Source of the DNA: Leucoraja erinacea
Lineage: Eukaryota
Assembly (NCBI RefSeq): GCF_028641065.1
Contig: NC_073402.1
Location: 8,804,001 to 8,868,000 of the forward strand
Reading direction: 5' to 3'
DNA: 64,000 nucleotides
Shown: positions 26,060 to 39,569 of the stretch, piece after piece
How positions within the stretch are numbered: the first letter of the stretch is position 1
Layout: every line of letters starts with the position of its first letter
Notes under the pieces: model-generated
The model's database searches: none
The model's input: only the letters and a program-made list of their open reading frames with translations
Told to the model about the DNA's origin: nothing
Translations under genes and position numbers: made by a program

Positions 26060-28080
26060 TTCATTTAATAATTATGTATTAGTTATGGAAAAACCTCGGA
26101 CCAATAAAACTAGACGGGCCGCGGTAAAACCGGCTGCAGGAGACCGCGGGCGTGCGGAAAGCCGGCGGCCGTCTATTTCATCCTCAAAGTCGCTGGCAGT
26201 TTGCTCAGCTACCTCGGATTTAGTTCCTGCAGGGAGCAGCTTGGCAACCCCGAAGGGGGGTAAGTCCAAACAGAAATCTATCAGGCATGTACTCTCTGAT
26301 GATTCAGGCCAGGAGGATACTGCTCCCACATCAATGACTGATGTGCTCGGCCGTTTATCACAGATGGAGCACCTCATGGAGAGGATGCTGACACACATTA
26401 TGCTCCGTGGTATGGAGGCATATCCAGGCAGCCCTATTCTAACACCTGTCGCAGCTCCTGGTACAGGGCTGCTTATTTCCTCCCACTCGGATGAGGAGAG
26501 TTTAGGAGATCGTTATACAGCTGACTCCGAATATGGATGTGTGTCGGAGGCTCATGCTGCAATGCATGATATGCGGAGTTACATATACAAGAGTTGCCCG
26601 CTCTGGCCTCCAAATTTGCTGTTCCTTCACACACAGGAAAACCACTTCTTGGGGAATTGGCCTCAAGCTTCAGCAACCATAAGAGAAAACTATGGTGGGA
26701 ATGAATGCAAAATACCCCACTCCAGAGAATTGTGCAACTTTAAATGTGCCTTTAGTCAACGCCTTTATTTGGGGTTATATTGGGCCTAACATCAAAGCCA
26801 AAGAGATGAAGCTCCAACGCATCCTGAAGTTATTGTCTGCAGGCATCACGGCTTTTGCCAGGTCGATCGATGGCGGTCCATTATCTGATGTTCAGCAAGA
26901 TGCTATGGCGCTGATGTGCAACGCCTATTTCGAAATAAATTGTTTCTGGAAAGACGCTATCAGGCGAGTACTGAACCCGAAGTTTGCACATCTGTGCAGG
27001 GCCAGTAATGTTCAGCCTCCTAATCTCCTCTTCAGAGAAGACCTGAGTAAGCAGGTCAATGACTTGCACAATGAATCTAGAGCAGCAGGATTGATTAAAG
27101 CATTTCCAATGAGCAAGTCTCCGCTCTTCCGGCGTCAGCACCCCTACGCCTCTACTAGCAAGAAGCGGTTTTCTGAAGCCACCGGGAGCTTCAGATTTGT
27201 AGGTGAGCTGGGCCAAAGATAAAGATGCAGCTGGTGCCCAACTGCGAAGCAGCGTTAATACTAATTTTATGTCGCATACCTCCGTATATCTGGGCCTGGT
27301 TAAAAATACCCCTCATAAATTTGGATACCAATGGGTGAGGGCCGATAGGATGGTGCCCCGATCCCAGCAGCAAGTATGACGATAAAACACTTCGAGCAGT
27401 GCTAATAGCCCTGTAAATAAATTTTTTGTCAAAATATAAAGTTGAAAGGAATTCCAACACATCGGCTATATCCGCCGTAACGTAACTTATATGTGAATTG
27501 AGACAAAAAACTTTCCATTGTTTGATGTAGGAAATGTACTGCTTCTTAGTGCCTTCCCGCCAAGCTGCAGTGATTACGTCCACCATTCGGTCGGATAATC
27601 CGAGCCCCAGAAAAGGTCTTCTTAGACTCTGCAAATTAATCGGTTGATTCTGTCATGCAGAGGATGAGATTCCCGAGAGACGGGATGAATAAGTAAGTAT
27701 TTATGTTTATGAACAACCATATGTGGTTCTGTTAGCATTCCTAACAGTAATGGGAACCATGGTTTCGTAGTCCAGTTAGGCTCTACTACAATACCCGAAG
27801 CCAAGTCTTGCATGATTTTTTACGAGTACCGACTGATGAGGCAAAATGGAGGGAAGGCATAGAAGAACATTCCCCCCAGTCTAATGAGAATGCATCAATA
27901 ACTCCGCCCCTGGGTCTGGCTCCCATGCTACATATCTTGGCAATTGGTGATTAAGCCTAGATGCAAACAAATCAATATCAGGTGTTCCATAATGAGCAAT
28001 AATGTCGTTAAACACTTTGTGATCTAACATCCACTCCGTGTGATCATTAAATTTACGTGATCTGGTATCTGCCACCGTGC
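26060..28080. mobile_element. Rearranged DIRS1-type tyrosine-recombinase retrotransposon
   Basis: Gag-like ORFs on + (YPTPENC..L.VP.VN..IW). On -, PDIDLFASRLNHQL/YAFPPF (RNase H-methyltransferase region) and the N-terminal YR domain (STARSVLS, HPLVSKFMRGIFN). Confidence 0.8.
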
Positions 28081-30754
28081 TAAACCCCAATTCCTCAAAT
28101 ATGAGTTTCGTAGCTGAAACAGCTAGTTTTTCCTTCCATCACAGTGAGGAGGTGTCTGGTGAACTCATTGTGGTGGATGTTAAATTTGTGTTTATTGTGT
28201 GTTTTTGTTATTTTATTATATGTATGACTGCAAGGGACCAAAATTTCGTTCAGACCCAAAGGTCTGAATGATAATAAAGGATACTTTGACTTTGACTTTG
28301 ACTTTGACGGCGATCTTCTGCTACCAGTGTCCCTGTGATGCATGTGCCTTTGTTCTCCTTGACAGTGGAGGTCACAGGTTTTAGACGTGGTACCAGTGTA
28401 GCCTTGACAACTAATCACTATGCACTTGGTAGAGGGGAATGTGTAATCCACCAGTGAATATCTGATAGTCATGATGAGCTGAGGACACTGGCAGCTTTCC
28501 CACTCACCAGCTAAAGTTATAGCGCTACTTCCTAACACCGGCAAGTATTATCAAGGGTCTGTGCAGCCTATTTGTATTGTTTAGTTTTGTTTATTTTAAA
28601 GATACAGCAGGGAAACGGGCCCTTCGGCCCACTGGTTCCACGTTGACCGGCGATCCCTGCACATTAACACGATCCTACACCCACGAGGGACAATTTACAT
28701 TTACCAAGACAATTAACCTACAAATCTGTACGTATTTGGAATGTCACCCCCGCCCACCCACATCTCTCCCCCCCCCCCCCCCCCCCCAATTTCTTACTTG
28801 TGCCCTAACTATTTCTCCCTCCCCTCCATTCCTTTGTTTAGTTTCATCATTCACAACTCTTCAATCCTTTTCTCTCCCTTCTTCTGTCTTTTCATCTCTG
28901 GCTTTTGTCCAACCATCTGCCTATCAAAACCACACACACACGCACACACGCACACACACGCACACACACGCACACACACCTACCTTGTCCCATAACCCTC
29001 GAAACCCATCCTATCCATGTACTTGTATAAATTGCTCTTAAACATTATGATAGTACCTGCCTCAACTACCTCCTCTGGCAGCTCATTCCATGTTCCCACC
29101 AACCCTTGTGTAAAAAAACATCACCCCTCAGGTTCCTATTTAATCTTTCTTCCCTCACCTTAAACCTTTTCCCCCATTACCCTACTCTGTGCATTTACCT
29201 GATCTATTCCTCTCATGATCTTGTACACCTCCAAGAGAATTACCCTTCATCCTCCTGCGCTCCAAGTGACAACCGGCAACAAACCATCGCATGATCAGTG
29301 CGATAAGTGGAGGAAAAGCTTTTTCCACCCAGAGAGTTGTGAATCTGTGGAATGTTCTGACACAGAAGGCAGTGGAGGCCAATTCACTGGATGTTTTCAA
29401 GTGGGAGTTAGATTTCGCTCTTAGGGCTAAAGGAATCAAGGGATATGGGGTAAAAGCAGGAACGGGGTACTGATTTTATTGAATGGCGATGCTGGCTCAA
29501 AGGGCCGAACGGCCTACTCCTGCACATATTTTTTCTATGTTTCACCTCTCAGAGCGACATGAACCACTGAAGCCCGTGGACACTGGAATACCCTCTGTCC
29601 GATGAAGTATGTTGTTCCATCATTGTTACTGGGTCCAACTCCTGCGAGTCCCTAGGCAAGACAGTGGGAGGGCTTTGACCATAAGGTTGCAGTGGTCCCA
29701 AGCAGTGGCTCATCATCTCCTTCCCAATGAGGTGGGGGCAATAGATGTTCTTCTTACCTCCCTTTGTTTGAACAAAGTTATCAGGAAAAGGACAATGACT
29801 GGGTGTCAATGGCCTCGACTGGCCAGCATGGTGCTACACCTTACACCAGCCAGTGGAGTTCTGCCCAGTTCCCCACGGATTCACATTCACCCGGGTTGTT
29901 TCATCGTCTCTCAGATTAAAGTGATCTTACTGTCAGCAGATCAGCTCCACACTGGGCTGTGTCAGGAGTCGATTTAGTGATGGACACTGAGAGTGTACTG
30001 AGTGCATTAACTGGAACAAACACACACACACGCACGCACAAACACACACACACACACACACACACACATGCACGCACAAACACAGAGTCATTTCTTAGAG
30101 AAGATCTTTGTTGTTTTGATGCTTGTTTATTAAGCTGATGAAACTGCAATGTTACAGTTCAATCACATTCACTGGAAGCACAGAACACATTGTGAGCTTC
30201 CCAAACCTTGGTGTAACAAACAATGTGAAATCAATAGGGTAATACAGAGAGAGACAGTAATAATTCCAATCAGCACAATTTAAATCAAGACAGGAACAAA
30301 CCTTTTAACTGGGATGCCCAACTATTCCCAGTGGGGTTTGAGGAAGGGCTCCAGCAGATTGGACGAGGAGGGGAGTCGGGTTAAAGAGGGCGGACTTGTC
30401 TGTTCTGAGCAGTCCCTGTGCTTCAGTCAAGGGTCAGTGTGTGGGGCAGTGCCCTGGGGTTTACACCCTGCTGATCCCTGTAGACATCCACCATGGTTCC
30501 CCGCTCCCCATCCCTCTCTCAATGTGTGACGGAGAATGGCCGAGACTCTTGTGTTTTGAGTTTGAAGATAAACTGGACGGACTCAGTGAGTTGTCCCTTA
30601 CCCCGACATAAACAGCCCTTTATTCTGGAATCAACATCAGTACTTCTACTACTGATCTGGTTTAAAGAGGAAAGATCGCAAAGCAAGGTTATATTCAGCT
30701 AGAGTAGTTCGAGGAGATTGTGTTCCACTCTGCACATTTAAATGTTTACTGTAT

Positions 30755-31371
30755 CTAATTTGGGCAATCCTTATTGTCTTTAATTTCCACAATCCCATCA
30801 AATGTATAATGTGTTGATCCCCAGTCAATGATGTTCCCTCCTTTCCTGAGACAACCCTGACTGACGTTCTTAATCTTATTGGATTGGAGAACATGATCCC
30901 ACAGGTGAACATCAGAGATCTCTCCGACAAAGGACTGACTGGCGTCAAACCCTCCACCGACTGAGTCCTGATCCTGACCTAGAATAAACTGACCAAGCCC
31001 TTTTATAACCCAACCCTTTCCACCAACCTTCCGTACACTGCGTCTCCCATTGACCCAGACTGTTACCGCCCCCTCTTGAGACTCCCAGGTCACACAGATG
31101 TGTCTTAGTAAAGAATTCATTTCTGAGAGGATAAACACAGATTTGTGGCTTCTGAATTCCACCCGGAGTTCTATTTTAGAATGTTGCCAAAGCAGCAGTT
31201 CATTGGCGTCAGAGTCTGTTGCGTAGGAGAACAAACTGTAAGAGCGAGTCGCTTCAGAGGCTGCCCTGAAGCAGAGAGTAAAAGCAGACAAACTGGAGAA
31301 ATCAGGTGTACGCAGCATGACAAAGCTGTTGGATGTCTTGGCTGGGAATACCACTGATTTCCCGTACATTC
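30755..31371 (-). CDS. Short pentraxin (CRP/SAP-like) copy B, main exon
   Basis: Intact ORF with HICVTWES, LGQDQDSVGGGF and QSFVGEI; same acceptor as copy A. Confidence 0.95.
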
Positions 31372-32744
31372 CTGTGGAATATAAAGAATTAGATTGTTAA
31401 ATCTCTGTTTGAAATGGTAACATTGTCATCTGAGATGGAGCACAAGGTATAGAGACAATCTTCCACAAGGTATAGAGACAAGTACCAGAGGGTACAGGTT
31501 TAAACAGCGAGGGTGAAAGTTAAAACGAGATGTAAAAGGCAAGTTTTTTGTATTGTTTACAGAATGGAAGTTGCCTGGAGTATCAGAGGCAAGAATGGAC
31601 ATTGGACCACTGGAAAATTATGCTGGAGGAGTCATAATGGGGAATACAGAAATGGCTGATGAATTGTATACGTTTTTCATGCAGTCTTCACAGGGAAGAC
31701 ACCAGCAACGTGCCTGGGATTCAAGAGATTCAGGGGGCAACGGTTAGTGGAGTTGTTATTACTAAGGAGAACGCATTTTGGAAGCTGTCACCTGGACTAG
31801 ATGGTCTACACCCCAGGGTCACTGTCTCCGACTACATTCTATCTTTGTCCCGCCCCCTCCCCTGACATCAGTCTGAGGAAGGGTCTCGACCTGAAACGTC
31901 ACCCATTCCTTCTCTCCAGAGATGCTGCCTGACCTGTTGAATTACTCCGGCATTTTGTGTCTACCTAGGTTTCTGAAAGGTGTATCTTTAGAGATTGTGG
32001 AGACATTAATGGTGTTCTTTCAAGAATCACTAGAGTCTGGAGTGGACCCAGAGGACTGGAAAATTGCAAATTTTACTCCACTGTTCAAGAAGGCTGCAAA
32101 GCAAAAGAGAGACACTATAGGCTGGTTAGCCTGACTTCAATGATTGGTGATATTTTGAGAATGATCCCAGGATGAGTGGGTTAATGTATGATGATCGTTT
32201 GATGGCTCTGGGCCTGTAATCGCTGGAGTTTAGAAGGGCGAGGGAGGACTCATTGAAACTTACCGAATAGTGAAAGGCCCGGCTCGAGTGGATGTGCAGG
32301 GCACTGCCTCATAGCACCAAAGGGCACAGCCTCATAGAAAGTCAGAGGGTGGTGAATCTGTGGAATTGATTGCCACAGACTGCTGTGGAGGTCAAGTTAT
32401 TGGGTATTTTTAAAGTGGACAGACAGATTTTTGATTAGTAAAGATGACAAAGGTTATGGGAAGAAGGCAGAAGAATAGGATTGAGAGGGAAAGATAGATC
32501 AGCCATGATTGAAAGGTGGAATGGTAGATTTGAAGGGCCAAATTGCCTAATTCGGCTCAGGACTTAAGTAAATTATGAAATACACTGCCATGGGTTGGTA
32601 GAAACAGATACAATAGTGTTTAGAGAGCCACACGAACATATAGGAACAGAAGGGTCCAGACCATATGCAAGGAGGTGGAATTGGTGGCACCAAGTTCAGT
32701 ACAGACGCACACTGTCCAAACACACAATTAAAACTTCTACAAAC

Positions 32745-32811
32745 CTGCACCTGCATCTGATCCCGACAGGTAAATGCACATCACAAGCACAATTGTAACG
32801 AAGGGCTTCAT
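32745..32811 (-). CDS. Pentraxin copy B, signal-peptide exon
   Basis: MKPFVTIVLVMCIYLSGSDAGA. Two tandem in-frame GT donors 6 nt apart, so the exon end is ambiguous. Confidence 0.82.
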
Positions 32812-32903
32812 CCTGTCTCCGACCTGTTCAAAGAAAGAATTCCCAATTCATTTCATTTCACTTGGTGCCAATCAATTGAAAATAAGAACCAGCAGCCAGT
32901 CCC

Positions 32904-33038
32904 TTCTTCTTTCATGTGGCGTGCACAGCCTAGAGTTGTTCAACAACTTGTTCTATTTGATCTTCCGTTTGTGCACGTCGAGTTGATTGCATTAGTCGAA
33001 ACAGGGCGGACCACCTGAAGGTTGCAATCTTCCACCCC
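32904..33038 (-). mobile_element. Short retroelement (family 1) with 5' minimal HDV-like ribozyme (32985-33038)
   Basis: TSD AGCAGCCAGTCCC (32891-32903, 33039-33051); GAA tail; absent from the paralogous intron of copies A and C. Confidence 0.85.
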
Positions 33039-33090
33039 AGCAGCCAGTCCCGTGTGTCAGCAACGCACAAACAGTCCCTCTGGTACTCAC

Positions 33091-33360
33091 TGTGTCCGTC
33101 TCCAACAAGCCGGTTTCACCTCAGGGGAGGGTCCAATAGTCTGGGCACAAGATGCTGCAATTTATATTCCGCTGAACCCAGTCACACCCAATCGCAGGTT
33201 GGAACTGAGGGTGTGGAGCAAACTCTGCTGCCATTAATCTGAGTGTCAACATCAGAATCTAGATTCTTGTGGTTAGGATTTTGTCATGACATCCGACAGC
33301 TGATTCCAGGAATGCTTGCAAAGATACCTGGTTGCTCCCTTCATTCATTTGTGCGAAGGT
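33091..33360 (-). promoter_or_regulatory. Pentraxin B non-coding first exon, TATA box and STAT-like site
   Basis: TATAAA (minus) at 33161-33166; GTGAGT donor at 33085-33090; TTCCAGGAA at 33304-33312. Confidence 0.6.
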
Positions 33361-35159
33361 GTTTAATCAGCTGACTGTGTGGGTACATCTTCCTTCACGT
33401 GGGCCAGGACTTCCTACCACCAACATCAAGCTGACTGGCTAATAATTCCCTGGAAAATGTCAACTACCTTGTAAAACACATGAATGACATTGGCAAACCT
33501 CCATTCCCCCAGACATCATCTGTGACTGGATGAGGATGCAAAGACCTTCTTCATGAATGCCTTTGCTATTTCCTCTCTTGATTCTCTCCGTAATGTGATA
33601 GATCCCATCAGGCCCTGGGAATCTATCCATCTTAATGTTCTTCAAGAGCTCCACCACCACCTCCTTATTGATCTCAAACTGCCCTTGCATATTAATATTC
33701 CCCACATTGATGTCACTGTCCTCCGAGCCCTCCTTGGTGAATACAGCTGCAAAGTACTTGTTTAGTACCTCTGACTCCAGGGACATGTACTGTACTTTAT
33801 GCTTGAGTGATCCTATCTTTACTCTGGTTACCTTAATGCAAGGTTAGATAAACCCCTGGAGCGTGAGCCAGTGTATCCTGGGACATTGCGGGTAGTGAGG
33901 GGTGAAGTTACAGGGGCCCGGCAGAGAGACTGCATCAGCGTTAGCCATGGGGGAGGGAGCGGGACGCGAGATGGTGGCGAAGGTTGAAGGGCTGCAAAGA
34001 AAAGCCAGGAAACTACAGGCCAGGAAGGCCTAACGCCAGTGGTGGAAAGGTTAATGGAGGGGATTCTGAAGGACAGAAGCACTCAGCACGGCTTCATGTC
34101 TTGGAAATTATGACTAACAAATCTGAGAAAGAACCAGGAGAGGAGGGAGAGTGTTGGTCTGGAAGTGAAACAAGCAACAGGAGCTCTACAAGGACAGGAC
34201 CTAGAATTGAACAGAGGACACCACAGCTGGGCTAACACTAAGTGAGGCAAACCCAACTGGGGAGAAACATATTGGAGTCACACCAGGTATTGAGATGTTT
34301 CCAACAGTATGTTGGTTTTGTTTTATAATCGCACGTCTGCATTATATTGTCGGGGCATTGGTTTCAGTGAGATAATGACCTAAACCAATTCACCCGACTA
34401 CATGGAGAGCACAAAGGGCAGACGGGGTTGTGCTGATGCACAGGCACAGAGAGTGGCGTGAGTAAATAACAGCATAGAGACCAATAAATGGGTCACTCAG
34501 TAACTCACATTGAGACACAATCATAATCATACTTTCTTAACCAAGTACATTTTACAACAAACGAGGATTAGATCTGGGGCCTCAACTGTTGACAATAAGT
34601 TGGCAGATGGAACATAATGTGAGAATATTTGTGGTTTCCCACCTTTGGAAGGAAGAATGAAAACAGAAATATTAATTAGACAAAGCGTGACTACACAATG
34701 TTGATCCACAAAGTGATCTCAGGATCCAGACGCTTCAAACACAATTATTTAGCAAGCAGATGTAGCTCACGGTACGAAGTATAAAAGAAGACTTGCATTC
34801 CTCAAAATCTGACAGCGGGCAGGAGAGGGGATGCGGGATGGTGCACTTAATAGATTTGCTTAACAAATTGACAAGGCTAATTAGTTAAGTCACCGGCAGA
34901 TGTGGTTGCAGACACCAGCGACATCCAAGTAAGTAGGCAAATCGAGTTGGCCACAGGTGAGGTCAGGCTGTTCCTGCTCCAGGCAGCAGCCCTCGTTGAC
35001 ATGCAATGTGGAGACAGAATGGGCAACGTCTGGCAGTGGGATGTAAAGAAGGGGACAGCAGACGCTGATTGTCCAACACCAGAGCTGGCGAAGTGTGGGT
35101 GAAGGAGAGTGAAGCCGACACCGGGTGGAGTCCCAAACTATCGACTCACCATATTACAC

Positions 35160-36290
35160 CATAGAACACAGAAGAGTACATCACAGGAACTGGCCTTTCG
35201 AGCTACAATGTCTGTGCCCAACATGATGCAAAGTTAAAATAATGTTCTCTGCTCGCATGTGCTCTATATCCCCTATTCCCTGCAACCTCTCGAATATCTT
35301 CCTCCATCACCATCTCTGCCAACACATTCCATACACTCACCACCTTCTGCGTATAAATCTTGCCACGCACACACACACACGGGTGTCAGAGACTATGGGG
35401 AGAAGGCAGGAGAATGGGGTTAAGATAAGAGACAGATCAGCCATGATTGACTGGCGGTATACACTTGATGGACCAAACGGCCTAATTCTGTGCTATCACT
35501 TATGATATTATGATCTTAAAATGTTGCCCGTCTCATCTTAAAGCTAAGCCCTCCACCCTAGGAAATAGGTCCATATCTATGACTCACATCATTTTATATA
35601 GCTCTATGAAGTCTCTCCCCAACCTCCAGTGATCCAGAGACGCCAATCCGAGTCTGTTCAGCCTCTCCTCATAGCTAATACTCTATAATCCAGGCATCAT
35701 TCCGGTGGACCTCTTCAGCATCCTCTCCAAAGCCTCTACATCCTTCTGTTATAGGGCAACCAAAAGTGTCCACAATACCCCAAATGTGGCCAAATCAGAG
35801 TCTTATAAATATGCATCTTTACTTACCGACCCTTGTGCTCAATGCCAACCATATTCTTTCCCATTCTAAACATTTGTGTTGCCACTTTCAGAGAGTTATG
35901 GACTTGGACTGTTAATCAATGCTGCTGAGGTTGTCGTCATTAACTGCAGACTTTCCCACAACCTTTCAAAGTGCAACTTCTGATGTTTGGCCAAATTAAC
36001 CTCCACCTGCTTTTTCTGCACCTATTTCTGTAGCTGCTTTATATCCCGATGTATACTCTGACAGCCTTCCTCACTGTCCGCATCTCTACCAATTTTGGTG
36101 AGGTCCGCAGACGTACCAACCAACAAGTCTACATTTATGTCCATGTCCTTTATGTATATCACAAACAACAGAGGTCTCAGCACAGATCCCTGCTGAACTC
36201 CACTGGTCAAAGACCTCCAGGCAGAATAACGCCATTCATCCTCAACCCTCTGCCTTCTGTGATTAAGCCAGTTCTGAATCCAAACGACTG
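35160..36290 (-). mobile_element. Degenerate CR1 3' fragment
   Basis: TSGVQQGSVLRPLLFVIYI remnant and CR1 tail. Confidence 0.65.
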
Positions 36291-36291
36291 A

Positions 36292-36950
36292 AAGGCCTGT
36301 CCCACTTGGGCGTCATTTGCACGTCATTTACGCGTCAGGCCGGTAGTGACTGATGTGCGGCGGTCGCGAGACTGTAGAGCACAGATCATGCGTCAGCACA
36401 GCCGTCTAGTGCGCGTGACGTCATTAGCAAACCCTGCTTCCCTATTCTGCATCATGACCATCATGGAAGAACTCCAGATTTTACTGCTACTTCAACAGAG
36501 ACCTCTGTTAGCAGCAGCCCTCATACTGACAGATCAGCCAGGCAGGAGCACAACAAGAAAGGTGAGCAAGAAACCCAGGAAGAGGTCAGTGTGGACGAGG
36601 TTAGAGGTTACATGACGTGTAAAAGACAGGCCGACTGCTTATGGGCGTCACGCAGCGGTGCATGTTTGCGGACGTTGATGCACGATGACGTAACCATGCG
36701 TCACCATGCGATACAGCGTGCGAGGCCAATGCACCAGCGTGCGCAAGTGATACATCACACAGGTGGCGCACGAGGATTTATGTACGCTACGAAATTCTGG
36801 AGCGCCGCGTGGTACCGCGTGGTACTACATGTGATTCCAAGCCTCACCATGCGCTATGCGCGTGTCACCCACACGCCCCCCCACGCGTCGACCAATTTTC
36901 TACATGACACGTAAATGAGACGCAAATTATGCCCATGTGGGACAGGCCCT
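36292..36950. mobile_element. PIF/Harbinger-type non-autonomous DNA transposon (MITE)
   Basis: Terminal inverted repeats (TIRs) AGGCCTGTCCCACTTGGGC.../...GCCCATGTGGGACAGGCCCT; 3 bp flanks TGA/CGA; internal remnant RKRSVWTR. Confidence 0.75.
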
Positions 36951-37869
36951 CGAGTCACCAAGGAGTCCATGCATCTTAATTCTCTGAGTCACCCTACCAT
37001 GCGGAACTTTATCAAATGCGAAAACGCGACTCAGAGAATAGACGCATCCTCGACCAGGAAGTGACTGAGAAACGGTTTCCTCCTTGCCCTTCCCATCTAC
37101 CCCACATAAAAAGACTAAGAAACCTCCAAAAACATATTTTTAAACAGACTAAAAATAACAAAAAGATGAAAAAACAGACAGACTATAGGCAGAGGCTGCT
37201 ATCGTATGGCGCCCCTGGTGTAGTCCCACCTACCCTGCGCTTGGTCCATATTCCTCCAATCCTGTCCTATACATGTACCTGTCTAACTGTTTCTTAAATG
37301 TTAGGACAGTCCCAGCCTCAACTTCCTCCTCTGGCAGCTTGTTCCGTACACCCACCACCCTTTGTGTGAAAAGGTTGCCCCTCAATTTAAATTACAATTA
37401 AAACATAAAGTACTTGTGCAAAGTACAAAGTACTCCAGGGTAAGCACTCAACTAAGAAAAGCAAGCACAAAACCAAAGTATGATCTAACTAAATACACCA
37501 ATTTACAATAAATGACACCATATGCAAAAAAAACCTCCCAGCTACCTACATATTAATTAGCTCTTAAAACCAACATACAAATCCTGTAGATGCAAATATA
37601 TCATTGCGGTTATCAAGTGGGCAACTCCCATCATTGGTGCTTCGTTGAGTTAGGGCCACGACACCTCAGGAAGGCTCAACAATTGGGTCTGGCATCCAAG
37701 AACAAATGCTAAACACCTGTATCCTATCTTCCACTAATCCGAGCCCATTATTAAGCTTGTAACACCACAAATATCACCCTTGCACAAGACTGGGATACAC
37801 TTGCACAGACTACAATTACAATGAAATACACGTACTGCATCTCATATGTTTCCTTTCTGCCCCCCCCCC

Positions 37870-37903
<34 letters not shown>

Positions 37904-39184
37904 CAGATACTTTCTTTTAAAGGACTTACTGTACACTGTACTAGCAGTCTTAATTACAGCGCCAACCTTCCTGTTCATCGCGGTGTGTGTCTGTATCACC
38001 TCAGCTTTGCACCATCAGTTGCGCCTCAGAATCTTTTCCCCTTCACCTTGAACCTATGCCCGCAGGTCCTCGATTCCCCTACTTTGGGCAAGAGATTCTG
38101 TGCATCTACCCGATCTATTCCTCTCATGATTTTATACACCTCTATAAGATCATCCCTCATCCTTCTGTGCTCCAAGCATTAGAAACCCAGCCTACTCAAC
38201 CTCTCCCTATAGCCCAGACCCTCTTGTCCTGGTAACATCCTTGTAAATCTTCTCTGAACTCGTTCAAGCTTGACAATACCTTTTCCAGAACACGGTGCCC
38301 TGAACTGAACACAATACTCTAAATGCACTCACCAACGTCTTATACAACTGCAACATGACCTCCCAACCTCTATACTCAATACTCTTGACTGATGAAAGCC
38401 AATATGCCAAAAGCCTTTTTGACCACCTCATCTACCTGCGAGTCGACCTTCAAGGACCTGCAATCCTAGATCCCTCTGCACTACAACACTACCCAGAGGC
38501 CTACCATTCATTGTGCAGATCCTGGCCTTGTTAGCCATCCCAAAATGCAACACCTTCTCCTCGGTTATCCTCTTGTCAGGTGGATAAAAGCCTGTGTCCT
38601 GATCAATTGTATCCTGGGACATTGTGGGACTGAAAGGACACATTAGAGAGTGATTGCATCAACCATAGCCAAGAGGGAAGGAGCGGGACACTGGAGGGTG
38701 AAGTAAAGTTGTGTCTTTGCTTCAGAAAGGCTACTACAGCCAGGGAACTACAGGCCAGCGAGCCTAACGTCAGTGGGGGGAAGGTTACTGGAGAGGATTC
38801 TGAGGAACAGTATCTGGCAGCACATGGAAAGGCAAGGATGGATTAGCAATAGTCTGCATGGCTTTGTGTGTGGGAAATTATGCCTGACAAATCTGATGGG
38901 GAGCCAAGAGAGTATTAACTATGTGAATAGGCTGGACAAACATCTGTTTTCTCCAGAAAGCCAGAGGTTGAGGGAGGACTTCACCAATGTATATATAATG
39001 AGAGGCACAGGGAAGGTTGCAAGTCAGAGCCTTTCTCCCAGGGAGTAAATGTCAAAGACAGGGGGCATAGCTTTAAGATCAGAGGGAAAGACTTAAAGGA
39101 GGTGTTCACACTGTGTTTTACACAGTGGGTGCCAGAGTTGGTGGTGTAGGCAGATATGATAGTGGTGTTGAAGAGGCTTTTAGG

Positions 39185-39569
39185 TAGTAGTAGGCCCCTC
39201 TCGGTCATGACTGACCATTGGCAATGCATCCTGGTCGGATGCAAGCCTGGGCGATGTCACATGGAGGACAGGCTGTTGCCCATGTAGCACGTCCCCCCTT
39301 TCCACGTCGCTGATCGATCCAAAGGAACAGCAGGGTCATTACAGTTTGGCACCAGCGCCGTCCCAGAGCGAGGTTGTAGACAACGACAAACTGCCTTAGA
39401 GGCTCCGATGCCGGATTTTCTTAAGGTTTACTCCAGGAGCCTTTTCCATGACTGGATATTGCCACAAGGCAGTGGAGGTTTTAAATCAGAGTTTTCCATC
39501 TCCTAGATGGACTGCCTTCCCACGCGTATACATTCCCGTGCAGGTCTATACCACCTGCCCACTGCCCTC
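39185..39569 (-). mobile_element. Short RTE-related non-autonomous element
   Basis: 11 bp TSD AGGCTTTTAGG; (CTA)n tail; RTE 5'-UTR-like motif CTAGGAGATGGAAAACTCTGATTTAAAACC. Confidence 0.65.

Larger units (their letters stand above)
29861..34765 (-). repeat. Tandem duplication unit B (pentraxin plus flanks)
   Basis: Colinear with unit A. Confidence 0.8.
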
